Shown here: piece after piece, positions 8,210 to 15,540 of the stretch
Layout: each line of letters begins with the position of its first letter
Position numbering within the stretch: the stretch's first letter is position 1
Source of the DNA: Chloroflexota bacterium
GTDB taxonomy: Bacteria > Chloroflexota > Anaerolineae > Promineifilales > Promineifilaceae
NCBI GenBank assembly: GCA_009937635.1
Contig: JAACFF010000016.1
Span: 7,932 to 31,931, forward strand
Direction of reading: 5' to 3'
DNA: 24,000 nt
Notes under the pieces: model-generated
The model's input: only the letters and a program-made list of their open reading frames with translations
Told to the model about the DNA's origin: nothing
The model's database searches: none
Made by a program: the position numbers and the translations under genes

Positions 8210-10252
8210 CTATTGCGTACCGACAGAAGAGGCTACCAGATTTCTGACCTGGGCTAGCAAATCATTTTGTTTAGCATTACCCTTATCAATAATATATTGG
8301 ACACCGCCGTCAAGCTGCTGGCGATCTTCGTCGCTTAGATCCTTGGCCGTAATGACGATGATCGGGATCGAGCGATTCTCCTCATTCTGACGTAAAGCCA
8401 GCAAGAATTCAAAACCGTCCATCACCGGCATCATCAAATCTAGCGTAATCAAATCCGGTTTGCGCTCTGATACACGCTGCAGGCCAATAGCGCCGTTTTC
8501 TGCTTCCGATACATCCCAACCATTTTCCTCAAATGTGCGGCGTTGCAGCGTACGTGTTGGCTCGTCATCTTCAACCACCAGGACATGTCTCGTGCCCTTG
8601 GGGAGGGTGTATTGGCGGACCGTCTGCAAGAGTAATTTGCGATCAATCGGCTTGGTCAACGACTCTACTGCACCAAGCGTGTAGCCCATATTTTTGTCGG
8701 CTACTATCGACGCCATGATTACCGGGATGTTCTCCAACTCGGGTTCCGCTTTAAGCTTTTGTAACACAGTCCAGCCATCCATGTCAGGCATCATAATGTC
8801 CAGCGTAATCAGCGATGGCTTCAGCTTACGCGCCAGATCCAATCCTTCTGCTCCGCTGCCAGCTGTCACCACGGCATGGCCATCCAACTTCAGTGTTCTT
8901 GAAATAAGATCGCGGGCAATAGGATCATCATCAATGATCAATATAGAAGATTTCGCTGAAGTGATAGAATCAGCGTCCGCAGCAACATCGATTGATGCGG
9001 CCTTAGCGGCTTCCAGCGCATCCACCTTAGCCGGCAACTCTATGGTGAAAGTCGATCCTTCACCCACCTCACTTGTCGCTGTGAGATCACCACCCATCAT
9101 TCGGCAGAACTTCTGACTAATGGGCAGACCCAGACCTGTTCCTCCAAAGTTTCGCGTTGTCGAATCGTCAGCCTGGGAGAAAGCTTCAAACACGTGGTCT
9201 ATCTTGTCATCGGGAATGCCTATACCCTCATCGCTAACGCTGATAAAGATCTTATCGCCGTCATCGTGCTTCTCTCGCATTGCAGCGACAGTGATCGTAC
9301 CCTCATTTGTGAATTTGGCTGCGTTTGAAAGTAAATTGAAAAGAACTTGCCGGGTCTTTGTCAGATCAGCCCGTATGGTTCCCAGATCTTCGGGAAAGTC
9401 AGTGGCCAGAAGATTGTTGTTTTTGTCGATAAGTGGTTGAACTGTTGACATTGCCTCAGACAGCATTTGCCGGAGATCGAAGCGTTCTAGATAGATGTCC
9501 ATTCTACCGGCTTCGATCTTCGAGAGGTCAAGGATGTCGTTGATCAAACCCAGGAGATGCCGGCCAGCGGCATTGATCTTTTCAAGGTCTGGGACCATCT
9601 CATCATAGCCATCGTCCTCGGCGTCTTCGGCCAACATTTCGCTGTAGCCGATGATGGCATTCATTGGCGTGCGCAATTCATGGCTCATATTGGCCAGGAA
9701 AGAACTCTTCGCCTGATTAGCATTTTTTGCTTCCTGCGTGGCCTGCTCAAGCTGTGCCGTTCGCTGCCGGACAACTTCTTCTAAATCGGCTTGATATTCT
9801 TGCAGCGCACGATTTTTTGATTGGATCTCGGCCATCAGCTCATCACGCCCTTTCCGGGCCATCATCGCCTTTAGTCTGGCGATGATTTCTGTGGTAGGTG
9901 GCTGCACGATGTTCAGATATTTTTGTGCACGTACAGTTTGTTGCGCATTGCCGGTGGGCAAAAAGCGGACATCGTCAAAGAATTGGGTCAATAATTGGGT
10001 CTCAGACACGTCCGCCATCTCGCCAAATTCGAACACGAGTGCGTTCTGTCCGACTTTAGTCGATAAACCGACAACAATCGTGGTCGATTGAGCGGTCCGC
10101 TGCAACGCCCGGCTAATCGTCGAAGCAATCGTTGCCAACCGCGTGGCCAAAATTCCATCGCCGGAAATGGTTTCAGCGATCACCTGAATCTTCTTACGGA
10201 CGTCGGTGATTGAGCTTTGTTCGCTGATATTGATCGTGCCAATGGGTATCAT
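8210..10252 (-). CDS. Hybrid sensor histidine kinase (N-terminal degenerate RsbT-like domain, coiled coil, HisKA, HATPase, REC, REC)
   Basis: 680 aa. H-box is [24 protein letters not shown]-box is [11 protein letters not shown], and G-boxes are VSDEGIGIP and [11 protein letters not shown]. The two receivers are ILIIDDDP...[13 protein letters not shown] and VLVVEDDE...[13 protein letters not shown]. Its ATG abuts the TAG of the upstream PP2C gene. Confidence 0.9.
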   Translation of the reverse strand: MIPIGTINISEQSSITDVRKKIQVIAETISGDGILATRLATIASTISRALQRTAQSTTIVVGLSTKVGQNALVFEFGEMADVSETQLLTQFFDDVRFLPTGNAQQTVRAQKYLNIVQPPTTEIIARLKAMMARKGRDELMAEIQSKNRALQEYQADLEEVVRQRTAQLEQATQEAKNANQAKSSFLANMSHELRTPMNAIIGYSEMLAEDAEDDGYDEMVPDLEKINAAGRHLLGLINDILDLSKIEAGRMDIYLERFDLRQMLSEAMSTVQPLIDKNNNLLATDFPEDLGTIRADLTKTRQVLFNLLSNAAKFTNEGTITVAAMREKHDDGDKIFISVSDEGIGIPDDKIDHVFEAFSQADDSTTRNFGGTGLGLPISQKFCRMMGGDLTATSEVGEGSTFTIELPAKVDALEAAKAASIDVAADADSITSAKSSILIIDDDPIARDLISRTLKLDGHAVVTAGSGAEGLDLARKLKPSLITLDIMMPDMDGWTVLQKLKAEPELENIPVIMASIVADKNMGYTLGAVESLTKPIDRKLLLQTVRQYTLPKGTRHVLVVEDDEPTRTLQRRTFEENGWDVSEAENGAIGLQRVSERKPDLITLDLMMPVMDGFEFLLALRQNEENRSIPIIVITAKDLSDEDRQQLDGGVQYIIDKGNAKQNDLLAQVRNLVASSVGTQ

Positions 10253-10867
10253 CTACTTGCGATACCGCACGACAAGACAGGTGGCATCATCATATTGTTT
10301 GCCATAATTGCGTACGATTTTTCTGGCAACAGATCTCGAGCTTTCGTAAATGAGTTGTGGATACTCACTTAATTCGAAACGGTCTTTAATGCCATCACTA
10401 TAAAATGTGAGCACTTCTGTTTCATCCAGCTGAAGTTTTTGTTCTCTAGGGCTTCGCATGCGGCTGCCGACAACGCCCTCAGTCGAAGGTAGGCGGATTG
10501 AGCGAGTGCCGAATTTGCGTATGACAGTATTGCCAACCCCAGTGTAACGCAATTTCCCGCTCGCTAGATCAAGGCTGGCTAATCCGACTGCCGCGCCAAT
10601 GGAACCTCGGATCGCCTCATGCAAGCCTAAAAGGGTGCTAACTACATCTTCTTGCCATTCTGCATCTAAAAAAGTTCGAATTTGCACAGCTATGTCATTA
10701 GCATTAGGTCCATGACCGAGAGCATCGACAATCGCCAAGAACACGGACCCATTACGGGAGCGAACGATGGCGTCATCTCCGCTAACCAACTCGCCAAAGC
10801 ATGGACGGGCAACGGAAGCGTACTCCAGCTCGTCTACATTGCCAAAACTTTCATCAAGCATAACCAT
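10253..10867 (-). CDS. rsbX: RsbX-like PP2C/SpoIIE-family serine phosphatase
   Basis: 204-aa single-domain protein with GDDAIV...LAIVDALGHGPNA and a C-terminal YSDGI...DD(A)T pattern, typical of RsbX-type feedback phosphatases. It sits directly after the RsbT gene. An AGGAA SD precedes the ATG. Confidence 0.8.
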   Translation of the reverse strand: MVMLDESFGNVDELEYASVARPCFGELVSGDDAIVRSRNGSVFLAIVDALGHGPNANDIAVQIRTFLDAEWQEDVVSTLLGLHEAIRGSIGAAVGLASLDLASGKLRYTGVGNTVIRKFGTRSIRLPSTEGVVGSRMRSPREQKLQLDETEVLTFYSDGIKDRFELSEYPQLIYESSRSVARKIVRNYGKQYDDATCLVVRYRK

Positions 10868-10892
10868 TTCCTATTGTTGTTCTCAAATTCCC

Positions 10893-11303
10893 TTATCGGC
10901 GACGCCATTTTCTGATCTGCACCGTCGTGCCCTGCCCCTCAGCGGAGTGAATCTCGAATTCATCCATCAAGCGCTTGACACCTGGAAGGCCAAGCCCCAA
11001 TGTGCCGCTAGAACTATAATTATCGGCTACGGCTTGTTTAATATCGGCAATGCCTGGTCCTTTGTCCTGGGCGACGATTTCAATACCTATTTGGTAGCCC
11101 TTCTCGATCCGATCGATGATTATCTCGCCCTTGTCTGCGTACTTGATGATATTGCGAGCTAACTCAGAAACGGCCGTTGCAATCATCTGCGTTTCGACTT
11201 CGGCAAATTCTATCTCCTTAGCAAACCTACGGGCTTCCAGTAAAGCTCGGGCAACATCTTGTTCCTGAATAATCGGAACACGTCTCTTATCTGATGACAT
11301 CAA
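10893..11303 (-). CDS. rsbT: RsbT-type serine/threonine protein kinase (HATPase_c_2, stressosome switch kinase)
   Basis: About 135 aa. N-box is IATAVSELARNIIKYA, G1 is DKGPGI and G2 is GLGLPGVKRLMDEF. Size and position after RsbS match RsbT. The track start is a TTG at 11303 and the ATG at 11300 is the more likely start. Confidence 0.9.
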   Translation of the reverse strand: MMSSDKRRVPIIQEQDVARALLEARRFAKEIEFAEVETQMIATAVSELARNIIKYADKGEIIIDRIEKGYQIGIEIVAQDKGPGIADIKQAVADNYSSSGTLGLGLPGVKRLMDEFEIHSAEGQGTTVQIRKWRRR

Positions 11304-11333
11304 CCTTTTCCGTAAGTTCGCCCAGATTCAATT

Positions 11334-11717
11334 TTACTTTTGATCCTCAACGAGACCAAATGCGTCGTCCAGATTAAATGCGGCCAGGATGCCCTCTACA
11401 TCGGCATTTAGCTCGATTAATGCTGATACGACGCCCGGTCGCATGCCGGCTACTATCGATCGCGCGCCCATCAGAGAAACCATCGACATTGTATGCCTGA
11501 GCGCCTCAAATTCCTCCAAATCTAATATTTGGAGCCCGGATAAATCGAAAATGACTGCTTGAGCGCCCGACCGCTGTAAGAACTCAAGCAAATCCGCCCG
11601 AAAACGGCGAAGTACGTCATAGGTCAAATCAACTTGAATTGAAGCTACAATGCAATTGCGCGAAAGCTGCAGAGGAATTCGAGCTGAGTTTTCCGCGCCC
11701 AACAAATCAAGAGACAA
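11334..11717 (-). CDS. rsbS: RsbS-type single STAS-domain protein (stressosome scaffold/antagonist)
   Basis: 127 aa that aligns without gaps to B. subtilis RsbS as I recall it (RIPLQLSRNCIVASIQVDL... vs KIPILKLYNCLLVSIQWEL...; LMGARSIVAGMRPGVVSALIELN vs [23 protein letters not shown]). TTG start with GGAGA 6 nt upstream. It overlaps the rsbR stop by 11 nt. Confidence 0.9.
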   Translation of the reverse strand: MSLDLLGAENSARIPLQLSRNCIVASIQVDLTYDVLRRFRADLLEFLQRSGAQAVIFDLSGLQILDLEEFEALRHTMSMVSLMGARSIVAGMRPGVVSALIELNADVEGILAAFNLDDAFGLVEDQK

Positions 11718-12606
11718 GCTTTATCTCCATACCAAGACGATTGTAAGCATCAGATAAGGCATCTTTCATGGTGGCAGTCGTCTTAACCGTGCCAACCTCG
11801 ATACCCAGTTCGACAATGGTCTGGGCAATGGCTGGGGATACGCCGGAAATAGTACAGGAACAGCCCATTAAACGAGTAGCTTTGGTAATCTTTATCAAAT
11901 GGTTAGCAACGGCCGTGTCGACCACCGCAACACCACTGATATCCATGATGAACACCCGCGCCTGGGTCTCGGCGATTTTTTCCAGCGCCGCGTTCATGAT
12001 ATCCTGAGCCCGTTTAGAATCAACAATCCCGACGATCGGCAGCAATAAAATGCCACTCCAAATTTGGGTGACCGGTGTCGACATCTCCATCAGCGATCTG
12101 CTTTGCATGGCCATGGTCTCGTTAACGTGCTGCGAGTAGGTTTCGACGACCACGGCCGTGTCCATGTGCACCTGCTTCATCAGGGCTTTCAAGGTGTCAG
12201 AGGGACCATCCCCGGATCTGTTTGCATCAACAACTTCCGTGAATAATCCCAGAAAAACATTCATGGCCGCAAAATAAGTGCTGAGTGGTAGACCGATCCG
12301 CGCATGCGTGGTTCCTACCCGTTGTCGGCTGCTCATGTACTCATCGTCAATTTCGGCCCGAAAGAATTGGTGCCAATAATTAGTAACCAATCCCTCGACA
12401 CGCTTCTGAACCTGATCATCAGAGAAATATTCGTCATACTCCGGTTGGGTTCTGAGCCAGTCGTAGAAATTATGGACATGTTCCGATATCCTATCAATTA
12501 CAGCGCCAGCCAAATCTCGGATCAAATTGAGGTCATCTTGGGAAATCTGATATAGTTCACGTAATGCTTCCGGATCCAGCCCGGAACCCCTTCTTTCTTC
12601 AATCAT
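11707..12606 (-). CDS. rsbR: RsbR-type stressosome sensor with N-terminal globin-coupled-sensor (protoglobin) domain
   Basis: The N-terminal globin-coupled sensor signature is VHNFYDWL...VTNYWHQFF...RVGTTHARIGLPLSTYF (putative proximal His). The C-terminal RsbR STAS is STPVTQIWSGILLLPIVGIVDSKRAQ...MDISGVAVVDTAVANH...GVSPAIAQTIVELG. I place the start at ATG 12606 (AGGAGGA SD 8 nt upstream) rather than the track's TTG at 12639. Confidence 0.85.
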   Translation of the reverse strand: MIEERRGSGLDPEALRELYQISQDDLNLIRDLAGAVIDRISEHVHNFYDWLRTQPEYDEYFSDDQVQKRVEGLVTNYWHQFFRAEIDDEYMSSRQRVGTTHARIGLPLSTYFAAMNVFLGLFTEVVDANRSGDGPSDTLKALMKQVHMDTAVVVETYSQHVNETMAMQSRSLMEMSTPVTQIWSGILLLPIVGIVDSKRAQDIMNAALEKIAETQARVFIMDISGVAVVDTAVANHLIKITKATRLMGCSCTISGVSPAIAQTIVELGIEVGTVKTTATMKDALSDAYNRLGMEIKLVS

Positions 12607-12668
12607 TAGGATGCTTCCTCCTATCTTTTTCCGCTGCAAATTTCAGCCATTTTCGTCAAAAGACCTTT

Positions 12669-14531
12669 CTACCGGGTCTGCAAGTGGTTCATGGCGAAAT
12701 TAACACCATTTTGCAGGGTTCGTTCGGTGCTAATCCCTTCAAGATGTAAATTGAGTTCAGTAAGTTCCACCGCAACTTGGGGTTGCAGACCGGTAATCAC
12801 AACCTTGGCACCAAGTAAATTCGCCTTTTTGGCAACGCGTATCAAGCTCATTGCCACTGCTTCATCGAGACTCGGAACCCCGGTCAGATCCAGGATGGCC
12901 ACTCTCGCCGATGAGGTATAAAGTCCCTCTGTCAGTAGTTCGCTGGCGTTGCCCAGACGGCGTTCGTCAAGCTCGCCAACTAAGGGCATGACGACAATAT
13001 CATCAGTCAAGGGTATCATCGGTGTTGACAGGGCGTCGATAGCCGCGTTCTGCTGGCGAATAAACTGCTTGACGGACTGGCGCATTGAATCAAAGCTTCT
13101 GGATAAATCGCCAATTTCATCTTTGCGGTCCGTATTGATCGTGATGTCCAAATTGCCGTCCGCCAATTCGCTCGCATTTCCTGCCAGCGTCTCCAAGGGA
13201 CCGGTGATTGACCTGGAAAAGATAATAGCCAGGATCACAATGAGGATCAGTAAAATGATCGAACTGATAAGCAATGTTCGGCCCAATGTTTGGGCAGGGG
13301 CAAAGGCTTCAGCTTCATCAATTTCACTCATGATGACCCAGTTCACGCCTGGTATCTCGAGCGGCTTATATGATGACAGGACTGGGATACCGCGATAGTC
13401 GGGGAAAATGGCCGTTCCTGTTTCACCGGCCTGTGCGGCGCGCGTGCCATCGGTCATGACCTCTTGTAAGCCAATGCTGCTGTTCAAGTTACGAATTTGA
13501 TCGATGGTCTCTTGCTCCGTACCGGTTTCTTGCAGGAGGTCAAAATACTCATCGCTATCCTCAATAAGAAAGCGCGATTGATTGCGTATTGTAAGGTCAT
13601 CACCTACCAGGTAGGTTTCTCCCGAATCACCAAGGCCCATCTGGTTCCACGCCTGGCGGTTGGTCATAATGTCATTAATGCGATCGACGGGCATCTGAAA
13701 TAGCAACACGCCGATCTTTTCGCCGTCATCAAAGATGGGTGAGGCGATGAAGGCGGCCGGGGCATTATAAGAAGGGGCATAAGGATCAAAATCGACCATG
13801 TAAACAAATTCACCTTTGCCTGCGTCCAATGCTGACCTGAATGCTTCAGCGAAATTCGTATCGCTATAAGGCCCGTCGAGCAGCGAAGTGCCATAATCGA
13901 CTTCTTTGAAGACTGTATAGACGATATCACCTTCCGTATTGGCCAAGAAGATGTCGTAATATCCAAAAGTATCCAGGAAGTTGCGGATGATGGGATGATA
14001 AAGCTCGTGTGAATCACTATAACGGCTGCCATCGCCAGGATTATCCAAAAGATGCTTGGAGCCTACCTCAAAGGGATTAGAGGCAATATAAAGATCCTGC
14101 AATAGTTGCGTTGTGGTCTCTTCTGGCCAAAACTCGTCTACGCTGACGCTACTCTGTAAATTGGGAATAAGCCGCGAGAGATACTCCTCCGAATAATAAC
14201 CCCGAAGCTTGTTGGCCGCCTCGCCCACTTCTTCTTGAGAGCGATCCAGCTCGGAGTCGATTTCTCGATAGCTATCGTCAAAGGCCTTGGTCGCTTCAAC
14301 GATCATGCGATCTTCAGAAAGCGTCACGACCTGACCGCTTATTTGCTGGAAGTAGTCTTCAATCTGGTTGGCCTTCATTTCGCGCACGGCCGTCAGTTTG
14401 TTAAGTGATTCTGCTTGCAAGGCGTTCTTGGCGATGGTAAAGCCGATGAAGCCGGTTACACCTACAGCTACAATTGCGATGGCAATGAAGGCTATTAGCA
14501 TTTTCGTCCGGATTCTTAGATTATTGAGCAT
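12669..14531 (-). CDS. Transmembrane dCache-like / HAMP / STAS receptor (membrane-anchored RsbR paralogue)
   Basis: 620 aa. TM1 is about aa 11-33. The ~380-aa extracytoplasmic region has Cache-type motifs (KLTAVREMKANQIEDYF, YDIFLANTEGDIVYT, GVLLFQMP, YRGIPVLSSY). TM2 is about aa 419-438 and HAMP about 439-492 (PLETLAGNASELADGNLD...DEIGDLSRSFDSM). The RsbR-like STAS is about aa 500-615 (STPMIPLTDDIVVMPLVGELDERR...ILDLTGVPSLDEAVA...ITGLQPQVAVELTELN). Confidence 0.85.
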   Translation of the reverse strand: MLNNLRIRTKMLIAFIAIAIVAVGVTGFIGFTIAKNALQAESLNKLTAVREMKANQIEDYFQQISGQVVTLSEDRMIVEATKAFDDSYREIDSELDRSQEEVGEAANKLRGYYSEEYLSRLIPNLQSSVSVDEFWPEETTTQLLQDLYIASNPFEVGSKHLLDNPGDGSRYSDSHELYHPIIRNFLDTFGYYDIFLANTEGDIVYTVFKEVDYGTSLLDGPYSDTNFAEAFRSALDAGKGEFVYMVDFDPYAPSYNAPAAFIASPIFDDGEKIGVLLFQMPVDRINDIMTNRQAWNQMGLGDSGETYLVGDDLTIRNQSRFLIEDSDEYFDLLQETGTEQETIDQIRNLNSSIGLQEVMTDGTRAAQAGETGTAIFPDYRGIPVLSSYKPLEIPGVNWVIMSEIDEAEAFAPAQTLGRTLLISSIILLILIVILAIIFSRSITGPLETLAGNASELADGNLDITINTDRKDEIGDLSRSFDSMRQSVKQFIRQQNAAIDALSTPMIPLTDDIVVMPLVGELDERRLGNASELLTEGLYTSSARVAILDLTGVPSLDEAVAMSLIRVAKKANLLGAKVVITGLQPQVAVELTELNLHLEGISTERTLQNGVNFAMNHLQTR

Positions 14532-14663
14532 ACTATTTGGAAATTCCTTGTGACAGATCTGGACGCCAATTGAACGGTAGCACTCGCATTTTGGCTTAAC
14601 AAGTATATCACCTGCCGCTTGAAATGACTAATATCATAGTCTGGAATATGGGGCAATCGCATA

Positions 14664-15030
14664 CTAACCTGACAGCACCTTAACAAGATAATCTTCATTC
14701 CAAGCCGCTTGAAGTCTCTTGGCTTTGATGCCACCTTTAGCTGCCTTCTCCTGTTTAAGCAGATTAAGCGCCATATGACACATGACCGCCAGGTTTTGGT
14801 CCGTATTCCCTGGCGGACACGACTGTCATCTTCACGAAAAGCCACATCCAAGACCCAGTGCAGGCTGTTTTCGATTTCCCAATGACAGTGTCTTGGTCCG
14901 TGTCTGTAACAACAGATGCACTCCTCGCTTTGGTGGTATTCCGTTACGTTATAACAAGTGTGCGGTTGTTGAAGATGCCCCAACAACAAGTTCAAGCGGA
15001 TGAAATCAAAGTCAAAGAGGGTGGGTATTT
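14664..15030 (-). mobile_element. ISAs1-family (H-repeat-associated) transposase 3' remnant, frameshifted
   Basis: HWEIENSLHWVLDVAFREDDSRVRQG is the conserved C-terminal ISAs1 transposase motif. After a 1-nt frameshift near 14805-14812 the family C-terminus continues in another frame (NTDQNLAVMCHMALNLLKQEKAAKGGIKAKRLQAAWNEDYLVKVLSG, stop at 14664-14666). The N-terminal two-thirds of the transposase is absent. Confidence 0.7.
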
Positions 15031-15540
15031 GTGGTTAGCCATGGCCACCTGGATCTCACCCATGGCATCGCCCATACTCAGTTCCATAGCCAGCTTGCGT
15101 GCCTCGTCTGGCTCGGTCGTTACCTGCCCATGGTAGAGGTCTGGGGCCAGGACGACGTAGCCTTCTTCGGCAAAGCGCCGCGAGACGTCTTTGATGTGCT
15201 CGTTGAGGCCCCACCATTCCTGGATGACGATGATCGCCGGCTGTGCCTTTTGGCCAGGCGCATGGGCCAGGTAGCCCATCAGCTCTGCCCCATCAGGCCC
15301 GGCATAGGTGACAATACCTGTTTCCAGTTCGCCGCTTGCACTGAGACCGGGTTCGGGAGGTGGTTGCGTCGAATCGACGACGGGAGGTGGTGTGCGATCG
15401 GTTACTGGGGTACAGGCAGCGAGCAGCATGTTAGCTGCTGCGCTGCCCAAAACGGCCGTGGCTCTGATGAGAAATTCACGCCGGTCGACACTTCCCACCT
15501 GCCGTTCGCGCACCAGTTCCATGAGTTCAATTCTGTTCAT
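14992..15540 (-). pseudogene. Dienelactone hydrolase-family protein, Tat-signal lipoprotein type, C-terminally truncated by the IS remnant
   Basis: ATG at 15540 with an AAGGAG SD. It has a twin-arginine signal SVDRREFLIRATAVLGSAAANMLLAAC and a DLH N-terminal half, IIVIQEWWGLNEHIKDVSRRFAEEGYVVLAPDLYHG. Similarity to the intact paralogue (20134..20967) ends near nt 15037, before the nucleophile GFCFGG region, and unrelated sequence runs to the stop. Confidence 0.7.

Noticed and set aside
8449-9784. Multiple 60-140-aa plus-strand ORFs inside the hybrid kinase gene, plus similar ones at 11768..12555, 12691..13398 and 18491..19049
   Set aside because: All overlap strongly supported genes on the opposite strand and show no domain signatures. 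They are typical shadow ORFs.
8186-14575. Shared 8-mer caattgaa near both ends of the stressosome operon (about 8187 and 14568), considered as target-site duplication or direct repeats of an inserted cassette
   Set aside because: It is too short to distinguish from chance, and the flanking bases do not extend the match.
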